Positions 51,001 through 60,798 of a stretch of 64,000 nucleotides of DNA are shown here, in pieces. The DNA lies in the NCBI GenBank assembly GCA_963664815.2, contig CAXXHB010000003.1:2944001-3008000 (forward strand), written 5' to 3'. Each line of letters begins with the position of its first letter. Positions within the stretch are counted from its first letter, which is position 1. Made by a program: the position numbers and the translations under genes. Below the pieces are notes generated by a model. That model searched no databases. It was not told the origin of the DNA and was given only the letters and a program-made list of their open reading frames with translations. Origin of the DNA: Spirochaetota bacterium (lineage in GTDB: Bacteria; Spirochaetota; UBA4802; UBA5550).

Positions 51001-52082
51001 TTTTCAATCTCCCTGAAAATATCCAGGAAACGCTTTTCATAAGTATAATTCTTCGTTCTCCTGTATCCGGCAATTCTTATCCTCTCTCTCTCCTCTTCAT
51101 TGAAAAGATAATATATAACCATTCTTTTCAGATCATCGATGTTGGAAAAAACAGAAATCTCGGTACCAATTATATAATAATCCTCAACACCTGGCGAGTA
51201 CTGAGATAGTTCAAAACCACCACATCCAGGTATTTCAAAATTGCGGGCCTTTATCTGTTCAACATTTTTCAAACTTCTGCCCGGAAAGAGGAAAGATTTA
51301 ATCATAAATAATTTACTTCGTAATTGAGAAAAAAGTGAATCTTTAAAACCAAACACAACAAAAGTCATAATTATTTTTTTCAACAAATACTTCCGATACC
51401 TGTAATCAACCGGTATTGAGTTGGAGAGATTAAGATTGATTTTAGAAGCTTTAAATATTTCATTCATCTCACTGAAGGATACACGGCCATTTTTCCACCC
51501 GGTCCCGAAGCAGATAACATCAATGCCGCTTCTTTTTAATTCATAAATTATCCACTCCCGCGTAAGATTTTTACCTCCAACAAATGTAATATCGTATTTA
51601 TAGCTAACTTTTTTTATATCATTCTCTTCAGTGAGAAAATGAGTGGCCCACTGGGACAGGATCACATTTTTACAACCAAACTTTTTATAATCAACTATGC
51701 TGAACTTATCTACTGTAACCGAATATGTAAGCAAAGGTGCGATCCGAGATGTAAAGGAATTAAACCTCCATTGATCATCACAGAACCAGTTTACAGTTTT
51801 ATATTTTTTATTAAGAATTTTCAGGGTGTTTGAAGTAATTTCATTATTCATTAATACAAAGAAAATATAAACAGGATTTAATTCTTCAGCCCTGGCGATA
51901 AGCCTCTCCTGCAGTAAATGGATATCATGCGGATATCCATTATCTTCAAGCCAGAAGGTTGATACATCAGCACCAGCTTTCTTCATCGCCGGCAAAAAAA
52001 CGGCTTTTTCTATTGATTCTCCTCTATCTATAAATCCATAGTCATACTTTAAAAAAGCAGCTAAAATCAGCATTTTATACAA
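50997..52082 (-). CDS. CgeB/DUF3880-like glycosyltransferase
   Basis: WFCDD.WR, FVGG, SKINLN, KARNFEIPGCGGF. Confidence 0.8.
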   Translation of the reverse strand: MYKMLILAAFLKYDYGFIDRGESIEKAVFLPAMKKAGADVSTFWLEDNGYPHDIHLLQERLIARAEELNPVYIFFVLMNNEITSNTLKILNKKYKTVNWFCDDQWRFNSFTSRIAPLLTYSVTVDKFSIVDYKKFGCKNVILSQWATHFLTEENDIKKVSYKYDITFVGGKNLTREWIIYELKRSGIDVICFGTGWKNGRVSFSEMNEIFKASKINLNLSNSIPVDYRYRKYLLKKIIMTFVVFGFKDSLFSQLRSKLFMIKSFLFPGRSLKNVEQIKARNFEIPGCGGFELSQYSPGVEDYYIIGTEISVFSNIDDLKRMVIYYLFNEEERERIRIAGYRRTKNYTYEKRFLDIFREIEK

Positions 52083-53280
52083 TTACCTCTTCAAACGCTT
52101 TAACAATTGTTTTAAGATCATCTATGGAAAGATACTGATGACACCCTATGTAAAAAGCATTGTTGCCAATATAATCTGCATTAGGAAGCTTTTCGTTATA
52201 AATTGTCTTGAAATCCTTATAGGCTGGCTGCTGAGTGGGGATACTTAAAAAAATCGGACGGGATTCTATCCCTTTTTTAAGAAGTGCTGATCTTAGATCT
52301 TCACGCTTTATTTTAGAAGATGGTCTTACAATTATCGGATATGCCAGATAGCTGTAGTCCTCAGAATATTTTGGCAAAATAAGTGAACCGGAATATTTTG
52401 ATAAATGTTCATTAAGAAATTTAACATTAAACTGCCGTTTCACTATTATCTCATCAAATTTTTTAAGCTGCAGCAGACCAAGAGCGGGCTGGAACTCAGT
52501 GGTTTTAAAGTTATACCCGATAAATTCATGTAAAAACCGGGGATCATGTTCCATTTCAGATTTTGGACATATACCTTTTGGACGGGTACATACAGGGCAT
52601 TCACAAACACGGCCATTGGCCTTTATCTTCTTAATATTCTTATAAATTTTTTCATCATCCGTTACGACAGCTCCCATTTCACCAACCTGAATATTGTGGG
52701 CAATATAAAATGAATAATCTGCAAGTAGTGAGAGTGTCCCGGTATTTTTACCTTTATATTTTGTGCCATGAGCCTGCGCAGTGTCTTCAAAAGTAAGAAG
52801 ATCATATTTTTTTGCTATTTCATTTATACGATCCATATCAGCAGGATACCCCATAAGGTGTACCGGTAGAATTATACAGTATTCATCTGGATTACTTTGA
52901 GAAAGTAACAATTCCACCTGGTCTGCAATAATATCGAATGTTTCCAGATGAACATCAACATATACAGGTTCAAGGCCAACCAGCTTTATAGCATTAGATG
53001 TTGCAATGTAAGTCGTCGGTGTAGTAATAACCTTTGCTCCCTTCCTTACCTTTGGGAATCTGTCATCATATAGCAGAGCAGTCAAGCCGGCAATAAGAGC
53101 TGATGTTCCGGAGTTAACAAGAACACAATATTTTGTTCCTATAATTTTAGAGAATTCTCTTTCAAAATTTAAAACAAACTTTCCTTCAGATACACGTCCT
53201 GTTTCGAGTACCTCCATTACTGCTTTTTTCTCTTCATCACCTATTATATAATCACCGACCTGAATCATTTTTTTTAACAT
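52075..53280 (-). CDS. PLP/PMP-dependent 3-dehydratase, ColD/RfbH-like
   Basis: DegT fold with His in place of the PLP Lys (SFYIAHNIQVGEMG); Cys-rich GRVCECPVCTRPKGIC. Confidence 0.75.
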   Translation of the reverse strand: MLKKMIQVGDYIIGDEEKKAVMEVLETGRVSEGKFVLNFEREFSKIIGTKYCVLVNSGTSALIAGLTALLYDDRFPKVRKGAKVITTPTTYIATSNAIKLVGLEPVYVDVHLETFDIIADQVELLLSQSNPDEYCIILPVHLMGYPADMDRINEIAKKYDLLTFEDTAQAHGTKYKGKNTGTLSLLADYSFYIAHNIQVGEMGAVVTDDEKIYKNIKKIKANGRVCECPVCTRPKGICPKSEMEHDPRFLHEFIGYNFKTTEFQPALGLLQLKKFDEIIVKRQFNVKFLNEHLSKYSGSLILPKYSEDYSYLAYPIIVRPSSKIKREDLRSALLKKGIESRPIFLSIPTQQPAYKDFKTIYNEKLPNADYIGNNAFYIGCHQYLSIDDLKTIVKAFEEVIV

Positions 53281-53295
53281 ATATTCCCCTTCAAC

Positions 53296-54210
53296 TTATA
53301 CTAGTGTCTTATAATACTCATAGGTATTTGCTATTCCCTCTTCAAGAGATACCCTGGCCTGCCATCCGATACCTGCAGCGAGTGAAACATCAACCAGTTT
53401 CTGTTTCATACCTGTTGGTTTTGACAGATCATGTTTAAATTCGCCTTTATAACCTATTACTTCGGCAGCTATTCTATAATAATCATTCACTGAATAATCA
53501 TGACCAAGTCCTACATTTATTATCTCAGGGATAGAATCATAGTTTTCAATTGAAAACATTACAAATCTTACAAGATCATCAACATGCATAAACTCGCGGC
53601 GCGCTGTCCCGTCTCCCCATATTTCCACACTATCTTTTTTATTGATAACAGCATCATGAATTTTAGTAATAATCGCCGGAATCATGTGAGAATTTTCAGG
53701 ATCAAACTTATCATACTTCCCGTATAAATTACACGGCACCAGCGTTTTATAATTATATTGCGAATTTTCACTCTTTATATAACTACATAATCTCTGCGTT
53801 ACTATTTTCGCAAGGGCGTATCCTTCGTTGGTCGGTTCAGGTTCACCCTTTAATATATAGCTTTCCCTCAATGGATTGGGAGCATCATGGGGGAACATAC
53901 AGGAAGTCCCTATGTTGATCAAACGGGTTATCCCAACTCTGTATGCTGCTAGAACTACATTCCGTCCCATATCCATGTTTTCGACAAGAAACCGGACTGG
54001 ATTCTTTATATTAGCAGCTATACCACCCACAAGCCCGGCGCAATGAATAATAAAATCAGGTTGCTCTGTTAAAAAATAATTAAAAACCTGATCATATTCG
54101 CATAAATCAAGTTCATCAATAGATGGTGTTAGAACATGGTAACATTTATCAAGCGATTCTTTTATATTACGCCCTACAAGCCCGGAACCCCCGGTCAATA
54201 AAATACGCAT
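53296..54210 (-). CDS. GDP-fucose/GDP-colitose synthase (Fcl/ColC-like)
   Basis: TGGSGLVG, AGLVGGI.AN, SC, EPTNEGYALAK, SHMIP, WGDG..RREF. Confidence 0.9.
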   Translation of the reverse strand: MRILLTGGSGLVGRNIKESLDKCYHVLTPSIDELDLCEYDQVFNYFLTEQPDFIIHCAGLVGGIAANIKNPVRFLVENMDMGRNVVLAAYRVGITRLINIGTSCMFPHDAPNPLRESYILKGEPEPTNEGYALAKIVTQRLCSYIKSENSQYNYKTLVPCNLYGKYDKFDPENSHMIPAIITKIHDAVINKKDSVEIWGDGTARREFMHVDDLVRFVMFSIENYDSIPEIINVGLGHDYSVNDYYRIAAEVIGYKGEFKHDLSKPTGMKQKLVDVSLAAGIGWQARVSLEEGIANTYEYYKTLV

Positions 54211-54328
54211 TTCTACTCCTCTTTATCGCCATAATTGTCATATGTAAAAATTTACGATAACATTATACTGCAGGTTTCACGTACATCAATTTTTACTTAC
54301 CAGCCAAGATTTTTCAATACAATATTGC

Positions 54329-55261
54329 TTATATATTTTTATTTAACAACATTCTGACTTCCTGTGTAATAGCATCCATAGAATTAAACTGTGGTAAATA
54401 TCCAAATTTTTCAGCAGTTTTATTTTTAGAATAGTATATATTCTTGATTCCTGTTGCCTGAATTATACCGACAGATTGATTGATATGATAACATAAACCA
54501 AACTCTTTGCTAAAAGCTTCAAGAATTTCAAATTTTCTGACCGGTAAAGAGCTATAACAATCCAATACACCATTAAATGGATTTTCTGTAACCAGCAGCA
54601 CTAATTTAAAAAGATCGCGCGGATCAATATAGTCTCTGACAATATCTGAATCATTTGTTAACAATTCAGTTTTATTTATTATAGATCTTACAATATCTGT
54701 CATCAGATAGGATGATCCTAAATCTATAAATCGACTGAAAAAGCTGAAGACTCTTAAATCGACAATTTTTAGTTCTTGCAGGGATCTATGTTTAGATTCA
54801 CTGTATATTTTTGACAATCGATAATGATCAGAGCTTCGGATGTTATTCACAGGTATTTCAGTTGTTGATTTTTCTGTAACAGGAGCGCTGAACTCAGTAC
54901 CATAGACTGCACCGCTGCTGAAATTTATATAAAGTGTTTCCTGATTGTTATAGATATAACCTATTATTAAATTATCAAACATTTCTGTAATTCTATAAAT
55001 ATCATATCCGGCGGCAATCACTTTATCAGGAGTACCAAAACCTATACAATTAATAATAACATCCGATTTACCTTTAAACGTTTCAAAATAATTAATATCC
55101 AGAATTGTAATCCTGTTATCAGTATTTACATTTTCTATTAAAAACTCTTTAACAGATTCCGTATTCCGTGCGAACAAGAGCAATTCATAATCTCTGAAGA
55201 AATGCAGAATCAGGTTTTTTGCAATATGGCTTGTTGCTCCTAATATGATTACTTTCTTCAA
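54329..55261 (-). CDS. NAD-dependent epimerase/reductase (extended SDR)
   Basis: GATSHIA, SSGAVYG, YRLSK. Confidence 0.85.
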   Translation of the reverse strand: MKKVIILGATSHIAKNLILHFFRDYELLLFARNTESVKEFLIENVNTDNRITILDINYFETFKGKSDVIINCIGFGTPDKVIAAGYDIYRITEMFDNLIIGYIYNNQETLYINFSSGAVYGTEFSAPVTEKSTTEIPVNNIRSSDHYRLSKIYSESKHRSLQELKIVDLRVFSFFSRFIDLGSSYLMTDIVRSIINKTELLTNDSDIVRDYIDPRDLFKLVLLVTENPFNGVLDCYSSLPVRKFEILEAFSKEFGLCYHINQSVGIIQATGIKNIYYSKNKTAEKFGYLPQFNSMDAITQEVRMLLNKNI

Positions 55262-57072
55262 GACAAATCCTTTATCAATTCATTGAAAATCTCATCATCA
55301 ATAAACGGAGACATATTCTGAAGCGGCATCGATACCATCGATCCATTTTCAAGTTTTTTTGAGCTCACTGTCGGTATTACTTCCTGATTAATATTTGTTA
55401 ATACTTCAATTACACATGGTCCTTTAGAATTCAATATTTCAGAAACATTACTATCTAACTCGCTTTCAGAATCAAAATAATAGTATGATAATTCAAATGC
55501 CTCTGATATTTTTTTTATAGAAGGAATAAAAACACCGGAATTTTTATCCACACCTGCATATAGGCTATCAAAATAGTTGTCCTGAGTATTCTTTATTGAT
55601 AAATATCCATCATTGTTAAATATTATTATTTTTACATTGACCCTGTTTTTAGAGATTACAGCCAATTCATGAATATTAGTACAGAATGAACCATCTCCAG
55701 TAAAACATAAAACTGTAGAATTTTCTTTTGCCAGAAAAGCACCAGTAGCAGCAGGGAGCGCCCAGCCCATTGCACCCAATCCTCCGGAAGTTATGATTCT
55801 CTGATTATCTTTGACCTTCCATGCATGACCGATAGTATAAAATGCTGACCCGGCATCATTTACAATAACTTCATTGCCTTCCGTCTTTTGATTAATAATA
55901 TCAATAGCTTTATAAATATTAATTCTGCCGTCTTCTTTTTTATGAGGTTCTTTCATAATATCAAATGAATACTTGGTCTGCAACAGCCATTTATTCCAGC
56001 CTGATCCTCTATTTTTTTCAAATAATTTTCGATCTGTTTTACTCAGCACAGAATGTACAAAACTTTGCACATCAGAATAACAATGGCATGAAACATTCAC
56101 CTCCTCCCTCTCAAAAAGTGATTTATCCATATCAACTCTGACAATATATGCATCAGGAGCAAATTTCTCCATCTCATAGCCGGTTGTCAAAGTATGCAAA
56201 CTTGATCCAATACACAAAATAAAGTCTGCATATTGAACAGCAAAATTACCAGCCCGGTCACCCTTTATACCCGGATGCCCGATGAAACTCTCATCATGAT
56301 AACCAATAATATCTTTACCCAGTTGAGTTGTAACAACAGGCGTGTGTGTCAGTTCAGATAGTTTTTTTATTTCATCGGGAATATTTGCCACCCTTACCCC
56401 ATGCCCAGCCAATATTACAGGTTTTTTGGAATTCCTCCACTTATTAATTATTATATCAAGAATTTCATCATTCGGCTTGATTTTTTGATCTACCGGATTA
56501 TAATATCGCACCTTTTCAAAATCAATATAAGAACCTTGTATATCTACAGGTATATCTATAAGTACCGGACCAGGCCGTCCAGCCCTGGCTTCGGATATTG
56601 CTTTACCTAATATATATGGAATATCATTGGGATTATCAAGAAACCATGTAAACTTTGTTACAGGTTTTACTATTTCTATTATATCAGCTTCAAAAGTTCC
56701 GAATTGTCTCAACCCATCAATTCCGGAATTATGTATTGTCTGACTTTTTTTGCTTTGCCCGGTGATGAATACTAAAGGAATTGAATCATACCATGCTCCG
56801 GCTACCGGCATTACAATATTTAATGCACCGGGGCCGCTTGTTGCAAAACAAACACCAATGTCACCTTTCAGCCTGGAATATGCTTCTGCAGCAACCCCTG
56901 CACATTGTTCGTGGTGATGAAAAACAAGTTTCAATTCCGGATTTCTTGCAACCCCATCCAGAATATGCATCATCCCCCCTCCGGATAAAAGAAAAACTGT
57001 ATCAACACCATGACTGGACAATGTATTAGCAATATAATCAGCAACCCTTTGTTTCATAGTAACCTGTGTCAT
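55258..57072 (-). CDS. ThDP-dependent carboligase, YerE/acetolactate synthase-like
   Basis: GGG.MH, HHEQ, TSGPG, GAMGWALP, GDGS..NN ThDP motif; located in the CDP-dideoxysugar operon. Confidence 0.9.
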   Translation of the reverse strand: MTQVTMKQRVADYIANTLSSHGVDTVFLLSGGGMMHILDGVARNPELKLVFHHHEQCAGVAAEAYSRLKGDIGVCFATSGPGALNIVMPVAGAWYDSIPLVFITGQSKKSQTIHNSGIDGLRQFGTFEADIIEIVKPVTKFTWFLDNPNDIPYILGKAISEARAGRPGPVLIDIPVDIQGSYIDFEKVRYYNPVDQKIKPNDEILDIIINKWRNSKKPVILAGHGVRVANIPDEIKKLSELTHTPVVTTQLGKDIIGYHDESFIGHPGIKGDRAGNFAVQYADFILCIGSSLHTLTTGYEMEKFAPDAYIVRVDMDKSLFEREEVNVSCHCYSDVQSFVHSVLSKTDRKLFEKNRGSGWNKWLLQTKYSFDIMKEPHKKEDGRINIYKAIDIINQKTEGNEVIVNDAGSAFYTIGHAWKVKDNQRIITSGGLGAMGWALPAATGAFLAKENSTVLCFTGDGSFCTNIHELAVISKNRVNVKIIIFNNDGYLSIKNTQDNYFDSLYAGVDKNSGVFIPSIKKISEAFELSYYYFDSESELDSNVSEILNSKGPCVIEVLTNINQEVIPTVSSKKLENGSMVSMPLQNMSPFIDDEIFNELIKDLS

Positions 57073-57077
57073 TCATT

Positions 57078-57821
57078 TTATAATAAATTCATAATACATT
57101 TTTTCAACTGGAAAGTATCAGGCTTGAGTACCAGAAAATCACCATCTGAATCTTTTTTTAAACCGGAATAATTATCAATCATGTAACCGACTGTTTTCCC
57201 CGCATTTTTTATTTTTTTTGTTGCTTCATTTACAAAATTACTGACCAGCGGATGCGTAAGCTGCCCACGAACTCCAAGATTGCATGACATATCATATATG
57301 CCAAGATAGAATACATCAATATCTTCTATTTTTAAAATAGAATCCAGGTTCGAATAAGATTCATTGTTTTCAATTATCACTCCAAGCAACGGGAAACCGG
57401 AAGCCATATAAACCGAATCATCATTACCTGTGAAATCGCCCGCTTTTGTAAATGGATTATACCCTCTGTTACCCTTCGGTGAAAACAGCGAATATTCAAC
57501 CAGACGTTCCGCATCGGAGAGGGTTTTAATTTGCGGACAAATTATTCCATGAGCTCCGACATCGAGGACACGCTGAATGACCGTATGTTCAATTTCAGGT
57601 ATTCGTACTAACGGAGAACAACCATACATGGATACTGCCTGCACTGATCCTGCTATTATGTCCGGATCAAATGAACCATGCTCCATATCAAGGATAATAA
57701 AATCCAGACCAGTTGATGCAAGAATTTCTGATACAACTGTATTGGGAATAATTGACCAAATACCGATAACGTCTTTTTTTAAAATAATTTTATTTTTTAC
57801 ATAATTATTTATATTAAACAT
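57078..57821 (-). CDS. HpcH/HpaI class II pyruvate aldolase
   Basis: LDMEHG, VRIP, LDVGAHG, P.GNRG, IIEN, G.YD; start moved to ATG 57821. Confidence 0.88.
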   Translation of the reverse strand: MFNINNYVKNKIILKKDVIGIWSIIPNTVVSEILASTGLDFIILDMEHGSFDPDIIAGSVQAVSMYGCSPLVRIPEIEHTVIQRVLDVGAHGIICPQIKTLSDAERLVEYSLFSPKGNRGYNPFTKAGDFTGNDDSVYMASGFPLLGVIIENNESYSNLDSILKIEDIDVFYLGIYDMSCNLGVRGQLTHPLVSNFVNEATKKIKNAGKTVGYMIDNYSGLKKDSDGDFLVLKPDTFQLKKCIMNLL

Positions 57822-58872
57822 AAATCTTTGTATTCCATTTAATAGTTCTTTCAACAGCAGTCTTTATATCTGTATATACCTTTAAACCGAATTCATCCCG
57901 TGCAGAACTTATATCCGGGATAATTCTGTTATTCGGAATAACTCCAGCCAGTGAACAATTCAGCAGTACATCAGGTCGCGGATTAAAACAACCCGAGACA
58001 ATCTGGGCCAGCTCCTGAAGTGTTTTCCCCTCATCTGATCCAACATTATATACCCGGCCGGTCATTGTTTTTATCATTATTGTCAGGAGCCAGAGAGCCA
58101 GATCTGCTCCATACATAATCGTCCGTACAGTTGTTCCATCACCCAGGATTCTGATTGATCTGCCATGCATTGCATCAGAGATGAAGCTGTTAGTAGCCCA
58201 TGGCGCATCTTTATCCTGATATGGCCCCAGAAATGAAAAAGGACGGACAATTCCAACCGGGAGCCTTAATTCCCCTCTTGCAGCTGTTATTAAAGATTCA
58301 GCAAATTTTTTTGCTTCTGCATAAACCGAATTCACATTGGTTGAAGATATAATACCGATATATTCTTCCCTGATTTTGTCCATAGTATCAGGCTGTGCTC
58401 CATAAACATTACCGGAACTCAGGTAAAGCAGCATTTTAAGATTGGCTACACGATCAGCCGCCCGCAGCAGTGAACTTGTTCCTTCAGAAATTGTGGTAAT
58501 TGTATCAAACGGTCTAGTACTGTGAGTGCGGTTATCAGGATTACCGGCAGCATGTATTATATAATTAAGGTTTCTTGGCAATTCACTGATTGTTCTGATA
58601 TCACTTCTTATAAAATTGATATAACTCTTATTTGCAAGATGTGGAACCGCAGACAAAAACTTTTCTCTATTCCTCGACATGACGTGTATTTCAATTCCAC
58701 TATTCATACTATCATTCATAAAAGCTAAAAATTCAGTCAGCCACAATCCGATAAAACCTGTTCCGCCGGTTATCATAACAGATGAATTGCTCAAATCCTC
58801 CAGTGAAATAGAAGCGCTTTTAAAAACCCGCTCACAATCTTCCCGTATGAAATCAGATGCGGCTATTGTCAT
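57814..58872 (-). CDS. NAD-dependent epimerase/dehydratase/reductase (extended SDR)
   Basis: TGGTGFIG, SSGNVYG, YAEAK, GDGTTVR. Confidence 0.88.
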   Translation of the reverse strand: MTIAASDFIREDCERVFKSASISLEDLSNSSVMITGGTGFIGLWLTEFLAFMNDSMNSGIEIHVMSRNREKFLSAVPHLANKSYINFIRSDIRTISELPRNLNYIIHAAGNPDNRTHSTRPFDTITTISEGTSSLLRAADRVANLKMLLYLSSGNVYGAQPDTMDKIREEYIGIISSTNVNSVYAEAKKFAESLITAARGELRLPVGIVRPFSFLGPYQDKDAPWATNSFISDAMHGRSIRILGDGTTVRTIMYGADLALWLLTIMIKTMTGRVYNVGSDEGKTLQELAQIVSGCFNPRPDVLLNCSLAGVIPNNRIIPDISSARDEFGLKVYTDIKTAVERTIKWNTKIYV

Positions 58873-59903
58873 TTCATAACTCCTTCTGTTTTCCCCTTAT
58901 TGGCAAGGTCAGAAGCTACTTCAATTATAATATCTTCCTGACCTGCTATAATTTTCCGTCTGCCTAATTCAACAAATATATCTCTCGGATCAACATTAAA
59001 CTCCTGCGCTATACGGAGAACCGGTTTTACAAATCCGGAGAAAACACCAGACATACCACTGACAATACTGATTGATCTGATAACAGGTATTTCCTTCATC
59101 AATTCATTCTCGGCTAAATCACTTGCATCAAGCAGTTTATACAGGTCAATGCCTGTTTTATAACCCATTCTCTGTAATACGGCTACCAGAACTTCAAGCT
59201 GCGCATTACCTGCCCCGGCACCGAACCCGCGCGCACTGCCATCAACAATTGTTGCACCGGATTCGATTGCTGTAATTGAATTAGCAACCCCCATACCCAG
59301 GTTATTATGGGCATGAAAACCAACTGGTATAGACAGATTATCACATAAATAATTGACCCTTTCTTTTACGTCTTTTTGAATATAGTATCCGGCTGAATCC
59401 ATTATTATAACTGCTTCAGCTCCATAGATTTCCATCTTTTTTGCTTCTTCACAGAGCATCTCTTTTGATAACATATGCGACATCATCAGTACGCCAAATA
59501 CATCTTTACCCTGCTCCCTGCAGAACCGGATATGTCTTTCAGTGATATCGGCTTCAGAGCAATGGGATGCAATACGGAATACATCCACACCATAATCTAT
59601 TGCAGGTTTTAAATCACGTTCGATTGTAGCAAATCCGGGAATTACATGAATCCCGAGTTTTGACTTTTTCAAATTTTGACGTGCAGTTTTAAGCATAACT
59701 TCATCAGATGTTTTTGATATCCCCACCTGCAGCGATGACGCACCAAGACCATTCCCATGTCCGACCTCAACAATTTTAATACCTGCGCCATCAGCCGCTT
59801 TACAATATAAAGCAATCTGCTCTTTAGATAATTGATGCGCTATCGCATGATTCCCATCACGTAATGATGCATCACTTACTAATATTTTTTTTTCATTCTT
59901 CAT
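58869..59903 (-). CDS. dmpG: 4-hydroxy-2-oxovalerate aldolase
   Basis: DASLRDGNH, EVGHGNGLG, HCSEAD, GFHAHNNLG, GAGAGN, GQED. Confidence 0.93.
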   Translation of the reverse strand: MKNEKKILVSDASLRDGNHAIAHQLSKEQIALYCKAADGAGIKIVEVGHGNGLGASSLQVGISKTSDEVMLKTARQNLKKSKLGIHVIPGFATIERDLKPAIDYGVDVFRIASHCSEADITERHIRFCREQGKDVFGVLMMSHMLSKEMLCEEAKKMEIYGAEAVIIMDSAGYYIQKDVKERVNYLCDNLSIPVGFHAHNNLGMGVANSITAIESGATIVDGSARGFGAGAGNAQLEVLVAVLQRMGYKTGIDLYKLLDASDLAENELMKEIPVIRSISIVSGMSGVFSGFVKPVLRIAQEFNVDPRDIFVELGRRKIIAGQEDIIIEVASDLANKGKTEGVMK

Positions 59904-60771
59904 TTATCAGGTCTGTCTTTGCAATTTCTTCCGCTATTGCTATAGCAGCACAATTAATTATATCAAGGTTTCCCGCATATTCAGGCAGGTAATCCCCTAA
60001 TCCCCTTACTTTTACCATAATAACAATCCTGTCATTTTCAACAATAGGTTCAACTAATAAACGGTAGCCTGGTACGTACATATTAACTTTTTTTATTATA
60101 TCAAATAATACCGGTTTAAGTGAAAGCAGATCCGGTTTAGCCACCTGAGCAAAAATTGTAGTCTGCATATCAATACAGGGAATCGCAGGATTCAGATTAA
60201 GAATTGCCTTTGTATGCTTTGCCCCGGAAAACTGTTTAACTCCCTGTTCTGTAGTAGCTACATACTCATCAAGATTCATTCTCGTTGCCGGTCCTGCACT
60301 TTTAGATGCTATACTTGAGACAACTTCTATATATTCAACATCCTTCTGTGATTGGCCTATGGCATAAGCAATTGGAATTGATGCCTGTCCTCCGCAGGTT
60401 ATCATATTTAAATTCGGCTCACTCAGGCATTCCTGCAAATTTACAGCAGGCGCACACATTTTACCCACCCTTGCGGGAGTTAAATCAATAGCCTTTATCC
60501 CCAGATTCTTCAAAATCGGTGCATGAATATAATGATCTTTTGCAGATGTAGCATCAAATACCAGATCAATTAAATCAGGATTTTCCTTTATATAATTTAT
60601 ACTTTTATCAGAACATAATACACCAACAGATTGCGCTTTTGACATACCTGGCGAAGAAAACTCCCTGCCAATAAATGCAACACAATCCAGATATGAAGAT
60701 CTTTTTATTTTAATTAATAAATCAGTCCCGATATTTCCGGATCCTAATATTGCAACGCTATATTTTTTCAT
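59893..60771 (-). CDS. dmpF: Acetaldehyde dehydrogenase (acylating)
   Basis: GSGNIGTDL, DATSA, DLTPA, NMITCGGQA, SAGPATR, GDYLP.YAGNLDI. Confidence 0.95.
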   Translation of the reverse strand: MKKYSVAILGSGNIGTDLLIKIKRSSYLDCVAFIGREFSSPGMSKAQSVGVLCSDKSINYIKENPDLIDLVFDATSAKDHYIHAPILKNLGIKAIDLTPARVGKMCAPAVNLQECLSEPNLNMITCGGQASIPIAYAIGQSQKDVEYIEVVSSIASKSAGPATRMNLDEYVATTEQGVKQFSGAKHTKAILNLNPAIPCIDMQTTIFAQVAKPDLLSLKPVLFDIIKKVNMYVPGYRLLVEPIVENDRIVIMVKVRGLGDYLPEYAGNLDIINCAAIAIAEEIAKTDLINEE

Positions 60772-60798
60772 AAATCCTGCTGACAAACATTAATATAA

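Noticed and set aside
55258-57072. Housekeeping ilvB
   Set aside because: No ilvN/ilvC adjacent; context favours a YerE-type sugar carboligase
58869-60771. Aromatic meta-cleavage catabolic operon
   Set aside because: No dioxygenase, hydrolase or hydratase nearby; genes are embedded in and overlap sugar-nucleotide genes
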